64,000 nt of DNA from Eledone cirrhosa (taxonomy: Eukaryota), in NCBI GenBank assembly GCA_964016885.1, contig OZ024740.1, positions 78,120,001 through 78,184,000 of the forward strand, in the 5' to 3' direction. The notes under the pieces were generated by a model. That model made no database searches, had not been told where the DNA came from, and saw only the letters and a program-made list of their open reading frames with translations. Each line of letters begins with the position of its first letter. Position 1 is the first letter of the stretch. A program made the position numbers and the translations under genes. Of this stretch, positions 44,101 to 59,176 are shown in pieces.

Positions 44101-44356
44101 GGACAAAACTACTATACAGTGGTGGTCATAACTGGACCCAAAGACCTAAGGTTGCTCGTATACTTTGTGTATGAAATTTTCATTGTACTAATATATATAT
44201 ATATATATAACGAAGGAGGTGTGGTAAGGAACCAGAGTACTCAATACTTAGGGTAGTAGAGTGGGTAATAGGAAAATGTTTAACCCCAACGGCTATTTCT
44301 GGACTCAATAGCCGTCGAAACAGCTTGAGCTCTGCCGTCGTGGCTAAACATTTTCC

Positions 44357-44389
<33 letters not shown>

Positions 44390-44419
44390 ATATAATATAT
44401 ATATATATAATACAATATA

Positions 44420-44460
<41 letters not shown>

Positions 44461-44953
44461 ATATAATATATATATAATACAATATAATATAATATATATA
44501 TATATATATATAATATAATATAATATATATATATATATAATACAATATAATATAATATATATATATATAATATAATATATATATATATAATATATATATA
44601 TAATATAATATAATATAATATATATATATATAATATATATATATAATACAATATAATATAATATATATATATATAATATATATATATAATATAATATAAT
44701 ATAATATAATATATATATATAATATAATATATATATATAATATAATAGATATATATAATATAATATATGTATAATATAATATATATATATGTATAATATA
44801 ATATATATATATGTATAATATAATATATATATGTATAATATAATATATATATAATATAATATATATAATATAATATATATATATATATATTATATATAAT
44901 ATAATATATATATATATATATTATATATATATTATATATATATATATATTATA

Positions 44954-44996
<43 letters not shown>

Positions 44997-45097
44997 ATAT
45001 ATATATTATATTATATATATATTATATTATTTATATATATAATATATATATATATATAATATAATATATATATATATAATATAATATATATATAATA

Positions 45098-45130
<33 letters not shown>
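44357..45130. repeat. (TA)n/(TAATA)n microsatellite field
   Basis: Direct inspection. Confidence 0.95.
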
Positions 45131-45134
<4 letters not shown>

Positions 45135-45173
45135 GATATTAACAAATGGAAACTATATTTATAAAACCATATT

Positions 45174-45238
45174 TATTTTATTATACATATTTCAAGGACA
45201 CCAAGTTAAATTATGGTGTGCTTTCATCAGACAAAATA
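45174..45238 (-). ncRNA. Type-I hammerhead ribozyme, left arm of the 45131-45500 palindrome
   Basis: Reverse complement of 45407-45471. Confidence 0.83.
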
Positions 45239-45406
45239 CAATATAGATCAATTTTATAAATAAATATTGACATACCCTTAAAAAATGCAACCATTACTGT
45301 TGGAAGCTCCAGGATACTATCATTATACTATCCGGGAGCTTCCAACAGTAATGGTTGCATTTTTTAAGGGTATGTCAATATTTATTTATAAAATTGATCT
45401 ATATTG

Positions 45407-45471
45407 TATTTTGTCTGATGAAAGCACACCATAATTTAACTTGGTGTCCTTGAAATATGTATAATAAAATA
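45407..45471 (+). ncRNA. Type-I hammerhead ribozyme, right arm (family H element 45131-45589)
   Basis: tattttgt-CTGATGA-aag-c-acacca(10 nt)tggtgt-c-ctt-GAAA-ta(tg)ta-TA-ataaaata; 8-bp stem I; AUA cleavage after 45463. Confidence 0.85.
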
Positions 45472-46261
45472 AATATAGTTTCCATTTGTTAATATCGTAT
45501 GTTTACTCCAAATACTTGTTGAGTGCTTTATATTAGTTATACAATTATTTGCTTGTTGTATCCCAACAATTTAAATAGAACTTTTGCATATATATATGAG
45601 TGTGTTACTTGCTCAATATATTAAAAAATATTTTTATCCCCTCCCCCAGTGTTTTAAATTTCAGCGATATACAGAGGATATGTTAGTTGTAAGTCCACAT
45701 ACCTGAATAATTTAATAAATTTATTTTAATTTCAAAACATGCTATTGGCACTACGTCAACAGATAGATAGCCTTTCGTTATTTTATATCGTACTAGTTCT
45801 AAATAAAAAATATATTTTAGAACGACAGGCAGACAAAAAAATCTAATACAATTATTATAATATAGACTGAAGAATAATTAGCTGAATAGGAAAACAAAAG
45901 ACAGAATCAGTACATGTTGAAGCAGATTGGAAACCACTTGAATAAGCCAGGCGTTCTGTATTTTGAATATGTCATGTGGTAAAGAAAGATTGTCACCAAA
46001 AATTGTTGGTTGTTAGAAAAAAATCTGAAAGAGGGCCTGAAAAAATGGTTCATTAGCTAAGAGACAACTTGGTTGAAGATACAAAAGTAGAGAAAAATCG
46101 TTGGAAGAATCATCAAAGTGTGTGTATATATATATATATAGTGTTTTCTTCGGCTGCATGGCCCTCCTAAAGTATAATAATATATATTTCAACACACGGT
46201 TTCGCATCAAGAATCTTGCAAAAAAAAAATACAAAACGAAGTGTGTGTGTGTATATATATA

Positions 46262-46311
<50 letters not shown>

Positions 46312-47844
46312 CATGGGGGGGGGGTGCAGGACGAGTTCTATTTCAATCGGTGACGAAACAGACTTTCTGACAATTTCGTCATTGAATGAAATAGAACAAA
46401 CTATGTAAAAGTCACCTCTCAATGAAATAAAATATCTTCTCTACCTGATGTATTGAGTACCTTATTTTATTTTCCTGTCACTTGTGGTCTATAACGTCAC
46501 AATCCACTATCATTCCACTATATATAGTGTGTGTGTTATGTCTGTGTTTGTATATATATATATATACATACATCTCTAAACAAACATTAGATAACTTAAC
46601 ACTTTTGATCTAACTATTTTAGCTTTTACACCCTGGTGTATATGTCCCCGCCATTACACATACATACATACATTTTTCTATTTTTGCATATTTGTAGCAG
46701 TCCTTGGTCATCCCCTTACGTTAAATCCGGTCATTGGTCACCCCTTTCGTTAAGTCCAGTCATTTGAGATCAGCTTTTAACAGTTCTCCCTATGTTTTCT
46801 TTTGTCTTCTTCCTCAGATTCCTTCTGCTTTCATTACATAAACATTGCATTAAGGAGAGAAGTAATAATAAAAAAAGACATCTGCGTTGTCAGAATCTAA
46901 GGATTATTCATTGTGTTTAGTGAAAAATAACATTGTTTAATAGAAAAGTGTTATAGTTGGCTTGAAGCATTGTGAATTAAGTAAAAAATAGTTTAATAGA
47001 AAAGTGTTAATAGTTGGCTTGAAGCATTGTGAATTAAGAAAAAAAATAATTGCTGTTAGGAGGCCTGGCCGCACCAGTGCGAATGGCATTGTTCAATTCA
47101 ATATTTACAGCTCAGTTTGTAGTGGTTTAATAAAACTAACTTATTTGTTCATGTTTAATATTCTCCCTGTATCATTGGTTGTTTTAGTTTAACCGACATC
47201 AGCCCTGATCGGACAGACCTATGACCAAAGACATTCCAGGTTTGACCATCCCATGTTTTGACTATCTTTTACTACAGTGTCCGATGTGTCCTTTGTTTTT
47301 TCAAATACAGTTATTAGAACGAGATTCTGCTGTTTCTAGCGGGTTGAGCAATAAATGTCGTTAATCATGTTATTAAGATATATATTCCAAAGTATTTAGA
47401 GAATATAATATTTGCATATTCAGGAAAATATCGTAAGATGCTCTGTTGGCGTTTTAATAAAATGAAACACGGTGATAAGTACGTCTCTGAGAATGGACAG
47501 TTTTTCCTTATCAGTCCCAAAACAATCGTGATACAACAATACTATGATCAAAGATAACCCGATTGTGATCCTGCTATATTTATATTGACACATGGTCTAT
47601 CCAAGTAGAATCACCAGATAAAGATAACAAAAGGCAAACAAACACCCAACATCGGCAGGGACGAGCAATTGTACAGTAACTTGTCCGCATAGTTACACTA
47701 TAAAGAAAAGAACAAAGCATCTGACTTATATATAGTAAAGAGTTAGTGCCTGGTGGCTGATCTCACGCCGTTTCCAGTGCGAATAAATAACTCACTTTAA
47801 ACTGGTAACTCCAAATATATATGTGTGTAATATATACACGGGTG

Positions 47845-47917
47845 GGCATGTTGGTATAATGGGTTAGCACATTTATCGCGGAAATATGAGGTGTGCGTTC
47901 GATTCCCAGGGATGCTG
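47845..47917 (+). pseudogene. Degenerate tRNA-like sequence / SINE head
   Basis: tggtataatgg A-box and gttcgattccc B-box with gcat...atgc ends; no clean cloverleaf. Confidence 0.35.
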
Positions 47918-47944
47918 ATGCCTATTTTTTTCTGTTATAAACAT

Positions 47945-48770
47945 AATTGTTTCTAATTTGGGGCACAAGACCAGCAATTTGAAGGGAAAAGTCGATTAAA
48001 TCCACCCAAATACATTACTGGTACTTTATTTTATCGACCCTGTAAGGATGGAAGGTAAAGTTAACTTCGGCGGGATTTGAACTCAGAACGTCGAGGAAAT
48101 GAGACATATGGAATAAAAATCGACCTCAGTATTTATTCTATCCGACGTTCTAACCATGCTGTAAAATCGCTGCATTACACACATTTAAATACCATAAAGT
48201 AATTAAACAAATCATATTTTAAACCTCTTATTAACTTACAACACAATTTCTATAACGTCATTTTCACATATGTAAAACGAAAAAGGAAAAAAAAAAGAGC
48301 GTTTTATTTAATATCTTAATAAAACAATAAAAACAAAACAGAGAACATTTCACTAGACATTATTTAATGTGACATTTTCCGCAACTTCTACCACATTTTA
48401 TTTAGTTATTTTATTATCATTATTATTATTATTGTTGTTATTATCTTACGGCTCTGAGTTTCAAGTCCCACCGAGGTTAGCTTTGCCGTTCATCTTTACG
48501 GAGTCGATAAAGTAAAGCACCAGTAACGCACTGGGGTCGATTTAATCGACTTTCCCCTTCGCTAAAATTGCTGGCCTTGTGCCTATATCAAACCATTATT
48601 ATTATTTTACGGCTCTTTACGTTCTGAGCTTCAAATCCCGCCGATGTGATCTTTGCCTTTCATCCTTACGGGGTCAATAAAATAAAGTACCAGTAATGCA
48701 CTGGTCGATTTAAACGACCCCCCCCCCCTTTCAAATTTTTGGTCTTGTGCCTAAATCAGAAATCATTATT
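47945..48770. mobile_element. Cluster of dominant SINE copies (47945-48170 -, 48447-48600 +, 48608-48770 +)
   Basis: Shared core and tail. Further copies at about 1795-1885, 10880-11030, 42440-42600, 51760-51925, 59700-60020, 62557-62650, 63927-64000. Confidence 0.8.
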
Positions 48771-48899
48771 TTGTTGTATTCTAAAATTTATTTTAATAAC
48801 TTCACAAATCTGTTAAAGACAAAGGATACTGGTGTTACACTGATTAGATTATCAGAAAAAAAGGGAAGAAGAAAAACCATGCAACTGACACATTTCAGT

Positions 48900-48932
<33 letters not shown>

Positions 48933-49662
48933 CCCAACGTTTTGTAAATTGATATTATGTAAAATATAGAGAGAGAACTGCTGATGGAAAAATCATTTGC
49001 TAGAGATAGTTGTTAAGATATGACTGATTAAAACACCATTCAGTTCGGTGGTTGTTTAGTCCCAAGCCGGCCTTGAAAAAGAAGACCTAAGAGTAAATAC
49101 ATTCCAGCAGTGACCATCCCGTCTTTTGTTTAATAGGCATTGTGTATCAGCGACTATGATATCAATCTCAGGCATAACGTATCTAGAACTAAATTACAAA
49201 TGTGGCCTTCCGTTTTATAAGACGCATAGGGTGTGAGTCGGAGTGGAGAGGTTTTATTTATGAGGCGTAGAAAAGGTAAGAAGAGAGAATAGGGGAAAAC
49301 AGACCGGGCGGTGTGATGTCTATTATACGATAGTTTTTTTAAAAAGCCCGCTTCAGAATATAAATTCAAAATAGGGAGCGCACAGGACAAAGAAAATGGA
49401 AAAAAAAACCCAAAACAACAGAAAGACGGTCAGTCCTATCTTCTCAGTCAACCTCTGGAAATCACTACGGTTTCGGTTTTAAGTTCGTTACCGTTGATTC
49501 CAGTACACAATGGGACAATATATATATATATATACATACATACATATATATATAGTATTAAGGATGGTTCTTCCGAAGAGGAACGTAAAGGAACCACACG
49601 CACACATACACATATATGTGTTTGTAGTGTGTAAGGATATATATATGTGTTTGTAGTGTGTA

Positions 49663-49700
<38 letters not shown>

Positions 49701-50359
49701 GATTCGTTTTTTTTCCGAAGAGGGACGGAAGGGAAACACACAGGTTCCCCCTTTCTATTCAATGAACGTATTGAATCAATATGTCAGTGACAGCGAAGGA
49801 TTAGCTCTCAATTAGATTGACATTTAAAGAACAGTGATGAGAAAGGTGGCGAGAGAGAGAGAGAGTGCGGAGTAGGGTGTAAATTCTAAGGTCCAAGGAT
49901 ATACCAGCAGTATTTCTGTTTCTTTAATTTAATTCTTTTCAAATCCTTTTTTTACACCAATCAAGGATAACGGAACTGAGAAGGGCTTGTGTATGTGTGA
50001 GGAAAAGAGCTCCGACTTACTCCTTATTCCCTTATCTTCCCCGGGAAGGTTAAAAGTTCCAGTAACTTTCCGCCTCTTACTACCCTCTGTTACACCACAT
50101 TCTGTCATTGTTTACCGTTGTCAACTGCATTATAGACTATCTGTTCTCTTTTATCTTCTATATATTCTATCTACCAAAAACGAACGACATGCGATGATGC
50201 TTCTTTGGTCTTTTCTTTCGTTGATGGCACCACGTCTTTCAACAACATTGCCCGCCTCTCCCTCTTACCCTTCCACCCCTTCTCTCATACTGAATGTTCT
50301 AACTTGCCCACCTCCACCTTCTTTCCCTCCTCTACTCTCTCTTCACAGACCCTTTACAG

Positions 50360-50394
<35 letters not shown>

Positions 50395-50434
50395 AGGTTA
50401 TCCCCCATTTTATACATAGATGAATGTGTGTATG

Positions 50435-50469
<35 letters not shown>

Positions 50470-50487
<18 letters not shown>

Positions 50488-50939
50488 GATGTCTGTCTGT
50501 GTGTGAGTTCGAATCCCTAAAACTCGAGAACCACCCAATCGACTGTTTTCAAACTTTACACATGTAATACTTATGTTTCAGAGAGTGTTCTGAGCAAAAA
50601 AAAATTCAAATGTTCAATGCCCTAGGGACCGCATTAGGCGATTTAGCGATCTCGCTCTATAATTCTTAGTCTTTCTCTTTTTAGATAGATACATACGTCT
50701 AGCCGATTTTCCCGAAATTTAAAGGCACATAAAAAAAAATTCATTTTCTTGATCCATTAGGTGAAAACCTGTATTTTTCCTGCTTCATCGAGGAAAATCT
50801 TAAAGATTATCCAGCCATCAGAGTATTCGGTTTATTTTCTTTACATAGTGTCCAGGCATGCAGTTTTTCCACAATTAGGTCTGTTGGCGGCCCGCGTTCC
50901 AAAATACCTTATCCCGTGCAACGCCGGGTACCACTGCTA

Positions 50940-50940
<1 letters not shown>
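50470..50940 (+). mobile_element. Non-autonomous Helitron
   Basis: 3' GC-rich hairpin cccg(t)gc-aac-gccggg at 50913-50928, then 8 nt, then CTAG followed by T. The 5' end merges with (TA)n, so the start is approximate. Confidence 0.7.
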
Positions 50941-50991
<51 letters not shown>

Positions 50992-51122
50992 GCGTCTGTT
51001 TATATGCATGGTGTGTATCAGCGATTCACAACAGGTCAAAATTAAAAACAAATAAAGTGCAATAGCCGAAATATTTCTGTTAATATCGCAATCTAGATAA
51101 TTATTAAACTCATTCATTTAAC

Positions 51123-51190
<68 letters not shown>

Positions 51191-52444
51191 ACACATAGGA
51201 TTTTTTCTTCTTTTGTGTTTGTGATATTTGCTATTCGTTATACTGTTTTTATTTTGACCTGTACATATAAATAAGTTAATTATTGATATAAGCATACTTC
51301 GATCTCGGATGACGTGAAAAACACATTGAAATTGTTTGCCGTTAAGATATTATGTAAGGTCTGCGTTTGTATATTGAACTATGTTGTCATTGATTTTTGT
51401 TTTGTTTTGTTTTATCATGAATTGTATATATCAAAAAAAGGGGACGCACGGGACAAAGACTACGAAACTAAGTCTGTCAATCCCTAGAAATCCCTATAGT
51501 TTCAGTTTATCAAGGCTCGTACTATTCATTCCAGTGCATATTGGAACGCAACAGAACAGGTAGACACAAGGAAAATTTGTGAATGTCAGCGAATTACGCA
51601 TAAGGACAAAAAGAAAATACTACAAGCCAAACACTTCGACTGAAAAGGGAGAGCGATAGAAACGTGGTGCACGATAGTTTAGACAAAAATGAGTGAAATA
51701 GAAAAAATATTGAAAGTACAGTCCTATGTACCATAGCAGGGAGGCATAGAAAATGAGGGCGGTGATTGGCAGAATCATTAGAGCATCGGACAATGCTTTG
51801 TAATATTTATTAAGGCTCTTTATGTTCTGAGTTCAAATCTCGCAGAGGAAAACTTTGCCTTTCATCCTTTCGGTGTCGATTAAATAAAATACCAATTGCT
51901 GGCTTGGTGCCAAAATTAGAAACTTAGTTCTCCAGGTGTACTTTACCCGCAATATTTAATTGTTATTTATAGTTATCTGCATTGTGGTGGTTTCCCTCCA
52001 CAAGAAAGCTAACATATTTTCAAATTCCCAAATGCTTCATAAATGAACTAACTATATTATATATAGTGAAGGTGCGTGGCTTAATGGATAGGTCTCACGA
52101 TTGGACTTCCAGAAAATTTGTAAAATGTTTAATTTGTACACACTACTTTCAGTGAAATTTTTAAAGTCAATTGATTTGTATTAAATATGTACTTCTTTTT
52201 TGTATATGCACGTATATATATATAATGGCGAAATGAACTCACATATGCTTTCTCGTTTCATCGGCGTCTCTCTCTCTCTCTCTAAATGCTCCATCTTTCG
52301 ATTAACGCCCGAAAAATTAAGACATATTTTTTAATATCAAGCGTTAAACTAATACATATCTTCATTGTTCTGTATTGTTTGTTTTGTTGTTTTCCGTTTA
52401 CTCTTCGAATATACATACATACATACATACATACATACATACAT

Positions 52445-52517
<73 letters not shown>

Positions 52518-52541
52518 GATACACAAACACACACACACATA

Positions 52542-52645
52542 TTATAAGAACAGATTAAAGTTTAAGCAAAGAATCGCTGCTTTCACCCTTAACGTTAAGG
52601 GTGAAAGCAGCGATTCTTTGCTTAAACTTTAATCTGTTCTTATAA
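52542..52645. repeat. Perfect 104-bp palindrome with no spacer
   Basis: ttataagaacag...cccttaac|gttaaggg...ctgttcttataa; related shorter fold-back at about 15766-15850. Confidence 0.9.
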
Positions 52646-52662
52646 GTATTTTCTCTACGGGG

Positions 52663-52720
<58 letters not shown>

Positions 52721-53271
52721 TCATCATCATCATCGTTTAACGTCCATGTTCCACGCTTGCATATATATATACACATAGTCTGTGACATCTGTTATTTCTT
52801 CAAAGTTACATTTTAAACTTAGCTCCGTTTAAGTGATTATTAATCTACTTAATTTCTACGGACTAAAGAGGAAAGAATTGGATATATTTTGTCTGACTGT
52901 TCTTCAAACTTATAATTTTATATATATATATAACGAAGGAAGTGTGGTAAGGAACCAGATGGACCATAACGCACCAGAGTACTCAATACGGCTATTTCTG
53001 GACAAAAAATAGAGTCCAGAAATAACCATCGAAACGGCTTGAGCTCTGCCGTCGGGGTCTTGAACATTTTCATATATATGTACATATTAGGATTAGTGCT
53101 CTGAAATATGAATGTATGTATAGTATATTTGGCAATATACTATATGTTTAATTAATAACATTTGGAAGACCATTCGCTATGTCACTTATTCTCGGCAAAA
53201 GCAACAGAGAGCGACTGCCGAGAATAAGTAAGTGACATAGTCACTACTTTAAAACTCATAGCGAATGGTCT

Positions 53272-53335
<64 letters not shown>

Positions 53336-53338
<3 letters not shown>

Positions 53339-53382
53339 CCTTATCGAGCCTCTTCAGATTTTAGTCTTCACATTTATTGTTG

Positions 53383-53413
<31 letters not shown>

Positions 53414-53457
53414 CCTTATCGAGCCTCTTCAGATTTTAGTCTTCACATTTATTGTTG

Positions 53458-53500
<43 letters not shown>

Positions 53501-53617
53501 CCTTATCGAGCCTCTTCAGATTTTAGTCTTCACATTTATTGTTGCTATATATATATATATATATATATAAAATCCTTATCGAGCCTCTTCAGATTTTAGT
53601 CTTCACATTTATTGTTG

Positions 53618-53678
<61 letters not shown>

Positions 53679-53722
53679 CCTTATCGAGCCTCTTCAGATT
53701 TTAGTCTTCACATTTATTGTTG

Positions 53723-53783
<61 letters not shown>

Positions 53784-53827
53784 CCTTATCGAGCCTCTTC
53801 AGATTTTAGTCTTCACATTTATTGTTG

Positions 53828-53862
<35 letters not shown>

Positions 53863-54008
53863 CCTTATCGAGCCTCTTCAGATTTTAGTCTTCACATTTA
53901 TTGTTGCTATATATATATCGTTAACTACTTTTCCCATCTTGACGTTATAGTCGCATATATGTTATAGAATGCCGTTAGCTTCTTGCTAAAACAATCTCTA
54001 TACGTCTC

Positions 54009-54063
<55 letters not shown>

Positions 54064-54113
54064 AAATCCTTATCGAGCCCTCTTCAGATTTTAGTCTTCA
54101 CATTTATCATTGC
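53336..54113. repeat. Array of a 48-50-bp unit separated by variable (TA)n (7 tandem copies plus 1)
   Basis: aatccttatcgagcctcttcagattttagtcttcacatttattgttgc at about 53336, 53408, 53495, 53568, 53674, 53778, 53857 and 54063. Confidence 0.95.
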
Positions 54114-54502
54114 TATATATATATATAATGTATGTACATGTTTCTCTAAGTTGAAGATCTTCATGCGGTGTCGTTGATTCTGTTGACACCTTACTGTATG
54201 TAGATTTGATCTCATCGAAGTGTCTCTCATTGTGTATATAGCTGTATCTCATATCTGTCTACATTTGCAGCTGTCAACGTTAACATGGGAGACAGTCAAC
54301 GAGTAACTTACACAAACATGGTATTGTTCACCATAAGCTGGCTATTAGGTTTCAAATTCACCTCTGATATCTCCTATATCTGTGCATGTGAATAAATAAG
54401 CGCTCGCACGGACACAAACACACACACACACTCAAGGGTTTTTATAATTGTAAAACAAATGGCGAGCAATATCAACAGCTGTGTGTATATATATATATAT
54501 AG

Positions 54503-54534
<32 letters not shown>

Positions 54535-55628
54535 TATACGTATATATATATATATATATACTGTGTATATGTATGTATGTATATATATATATATATATAT
54601 ATATAATGTGAGTGTGTATATATATATATAATGTGTGTGTGTGTGTATTTATATATATGTGTGTGTGTGTGTGCGTATATATATATATATATATGAATAT
54701 ATGTGTGTGTGTATATGTATATATTTATATATATAATGTGTGTGTATTGAACGTAGACGTGGTCGAGTGGCACAATCACAAGGACACGGACGCGATTCCA
54801 CTGCATGGAAGTTTGGGAAAATATATCTTACTATAGCTTTGAGGTGACCCAAACCTTATAAGTTAAATAATGGAATAATTGGGTAGACTCAAACTTTGAT
54901 ACATGAATTGTCTGTAATTCTTAGTTTCATCTTTGTCGTCCTTTGTATTACACTGATTCGGAATAAAGAATTAGTCGACAGTAGAAGGAATACTGAGCAA
55001 CTATTTACACACGAGTCTTTTTAATTCCAAACCCCATGAAATCGACCCTGGTTCTATGACAGACAATATTATCTTAACCTGCTTATATTTATCTAAAAAC
55101 GATTTTACGTAAGAACTTTTGAAGAGTTATCTTCCGAACACTATTCTCACTACCGGGACCGCGGGGCGGCCAGCGCGAGGGCTTCCATTTGGTCATAATA
55201 GTGGGAGATGGGGAGAGCGAGGCACAACGGGAATTTGATTCCATTATGTTCAGACCCAGCATCTGATGAAGTCCATTAGACCTGATGATTTTAGTGTATT
55301 CATCTTGAAACTTAACAATGAGAAAGGTTACTAAATTCCTTAAATTTCTTGATAATTTTCAAAATTATTTGACTATCATAGGCCATGTCTTTCATTACAG
55401 ATATGGTAAGAGAAGATTGGGGGCTGTTATGATGCTCGAGCAAGATTCTTCAATGTCGTGTGTATCCCATATTTTAGGTTTCAAAATTTAGACTATGTAC
55501 ACAATATCGTAAGCAACTAGCCATAAAATATTGGTATTGAGAAGTCCTAATCGGACCATACTAGCACGAAAAAGCCGCTCTGAAAATGGCGACGATAATA
55601 TTATATGTATGTGTGTTTGTTTGTGTGC

Positions 55629-55723
<95 letters not shown>

Positions 55724-56057
55724 CGCGCGTGTGTGTGTGTGTGTGTGTCTCTCTCTCTCTCTCTATCCCCAGAGTCTAGCTATATGAACCGAATGAATGT
55801 GTGAATGCACAATGAAGGAGTTGTAATGTTCTTCAAAAGCGAAATAACAAAAATAAAAAAAATAATAATAATAAATCCCCCAAAAATCTTTCGTTTCTTC
55901 CATCCCAGCAAAGATCATATGAAGTCCGTCCCCTTGGCGATACTCTTCTCAAAGACTCGCATCTCTACACTATTGAAGATTGAGAGGGGGGGGGGGGGGG
56001 TAGAAGACTGCTTCCACAATTGAAGAATCTGTTTCCTTGATTTTTATTTATCTGTTC

Positions 56058-56098
<41 letters not shown>

Positions 56099-56199
56099 GT
56101 ATATATATTATTTAGTCATTTATATTTTTGTTGATATATCTATTTAGTGTTTGAAAAGTAATAATGTTCTCACGGTTTTATTTTCATCGTTTTTATTTT

Positions 56200-56328
56200 T
56201 GTGTGTGTATATATATATATATATATATGTTATGTATATATATATATTATATATGATATATATATGTATATATGTTTTATATATATATATATATGTATAT
56301 GTTATATGTATGTTATATATGTTATATA

Positions 56329-56359
<31 letters not shown>

Positions 56360-56370
56360 GTTATATATAC

Positions 56371-56425
<55 letters not shown>

Positions 56426-56853
56426 GATATATATATGTTATATATATATATGTTTTATATATATATATATATGTTTTATATATATATATATATGTTTTAT
56501 ATATATATATAAATGTTTTATATATATATATATATATGTGTTATATATGATATATGTGTTATATATGATATATATATGTTATATGATATATATATGTTAT
56601 ATGATATATATATATGATATATATATGTTATATGATATATATATATGATATATATATGTTATATGATATATATATATATTATATATGTTATATATGATAT
56701 ATATATATATATTATATATGTTATATATGATATATATATATATATATATATTATATATGATATATGTTATATATGATAGATATATATATATATGATATAT
56801 GAAAGCAACTGGTGCGTGTGTTTCTTATTGGCAACATGACGATCCCAAAGTAT

Positions 56854-56907
<54 letters not shown>

Positions 56908-57037
56908 CATATATATGTTATATATGATATATATATATATATATAACATATATATATGTTATATATGATATATATATTATATATATATATAACATATATA
57001 TATGTTATATATGATATATATATATAACATATATATA

Positions 57038-57073
<36 letters not shown>

Positions 57074-57270
57074 CATATATATAACATATATATATGTTAT
57101 ATATGATATATATATATAACATATATATATGTGTTATTCCTCTACACGTCTTATACACACCACGCATCTCAACGTACACCCACTTATATCTCTCTCTCCA
57201 CCACCGGATCTTGTTACCCGGAGATTTACCCATTTGCATTGTCGAGGCTTCCAAACGACTTAAAGATATT

Positions 57271-57309
<39 letters not shown>

Positions 57310-57945
57310 TATATATATATATGTTATATATATATATATATATGTGTGTGTTATATATATATATATGTGTTATATATATATATATGTGTTATATATATAT
57401 ATATGTGCTATATATATATGTGTGTTATATATATATATATATGTGTTATATATATATATGTGTGTTATATATATATATATATATATATGTTATATATATA
57501 TATATATATGTTATATATATATGTGTTATATATATATGTGTTATATATATATGTTATATATATATATATGTTATATATATATATATGTGTTATATATATA
57601 TATGTGTTATATATATATATATGTTATATATATATATGTGTTATATATATATATGTGTTATATATATATATATGTTATATATATATATATATGTGTTATA
57701 TATATATATGTTATATATATATATATGTGTTATATATATATATATGTGTTATATATATATATATGTGTTATATATATATATATGTGTTATATATATATAT
57801 ATGTGTTATATATATATATATGTGTTATATATATATATGTGTTATATATATATATATGTGTGTGTTATATATATGTGTTATATATATATATATATATATG
57901 TTATATATATATGTGTTATATATATATGTGTTATATATATATGTG

Positions 57946-57985
<40 letters not shown>

Positions 57986-58228
57986 TATATGATATATATG
58001 TTATATAAGATATGTTATATATATATGATATATATCATATATATCATATATATATCATATATCATATATATATATCATATATATAAATCATATATATATA
58101 TCATATATATATATCATATATATATTATATATATATATATGATATATATATATGATATATATATATATATATATCATATATATATATATATATGTGTTAG
58201 ATATATATATATATATATATATATATAT
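56200..58228. repeat. Compound TA/(TATGTGTTA)-type microsatellite field with two unique islands
   Basis: Direct inspection; islands at 56801-56860 and 57131-57272. Confidence 0.9.
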
Positions 58229-58230
58229 GC

Positions 58231-58376
58231 TTATTCATTTTATTAAGGCTAAATAGTGAGTCTTGTTACTCTGGAGTTTGGTCTGCCTATGACAGGGTCA
58301 TCAGATAGAATAACAAGACTCACTATTTAGCCTTAATAAAATGAAAATTAAAAATCATCTTCGCTATTGATTACTC
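58231..58376. mobile_element. Family B fold-back element with degenerate minus-strand hammerhead (58261-58310)
   Basis: Minus strand: CTGATGA-ccctgtcataggcagac-CAAA-ctc(ca)gag-TA-acaaga (GAAA>CAAA). Confidence 0.7.
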
Positions 58377-58630
58377 TTTCCCCTCTTTCCTCTCTCTCTC
58401 TCTCTCTCACACTAAACCGTCTCCACTTCTATGGTTTGTTTAACTCCTTTCCTTTCTCTCTCTAACAACTTATATATTACTTTAATCAATCTATCTTATT
58501 ACGTATTATACATTTTGTATTAAACTTTCGTTGACACGGACGGACACACACACCGTTCAGGTATGTACATTCATGTACACACACACACATGCATTCGTAC
58601 GTACGTATGTACGTATATATGTATATTTAA

Positions 58631-58824
58631 CCCTTTAGCATTATACACTATTATATTTTCATGGTAAAGGCTTTACCTCCCATAATTATCTCACATATAG
58701 AACCTATGAGATTTTGAAAGTATTTATTTTGAGAACAATACCTTAACATCAGTTTGGGCGACCAGTTACAGCCAGATTCAACAGAAAAAGGTAGAGGATT
58801 CTGGCCGGTTTGAACATTAAAGGG
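58631..58824. mobile_element. piggyBac-like MITE
   Basis: TTAA|CCCTTTA ... TAAAGGG|TTAG: CCC/GGG ends with a degenerate TTAA target duplication. Confidence 0.5.
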
Positions 58825-59128
58825 TTAGGATGTTTATTTAGGAAGTATTGGGAAAATGTGTAATGTGTCCGTCCCAACTCAAATTACCATAATAATAGTC
58901 GATCATTATATATTACTAAAATGAATATTAAAACTCTACTTGGGTACTGAGTACTCCTAACCACACACACACACACACGCACGCACGCACGCACGCGTTA
59001 AGAAAATCGGATGGAAAAGAGGTACATGCGAGATATATATCTTATTGTCTTTGGACTTTCCAAATATTACCTTTGGTTTTCGCCTCATAGTCGTTGCTCA
59101 TGTATGTATGTGTTTGTGTGTGCGTGTG

Positions 59129-59176
<48 letters not shown>

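Noticed and set aside
46935-47045. Short tandem duplications (also about 34885-35040, 46700-46765, 49610-49665)
   Set aside because: Ordinary local duplications with no further structure.
53336-53907. CRISPR-like repeat/spacer appearance
   Set aside because: Spacers are only (TA)n, there are no cas genes, and the context is eukaryotic.
55255-55320. CTGATGA...GAAAC possible hammerhead
   Set aside because: No stem III/NUH/stem I closure; the sequence runs into another repeat fragment.
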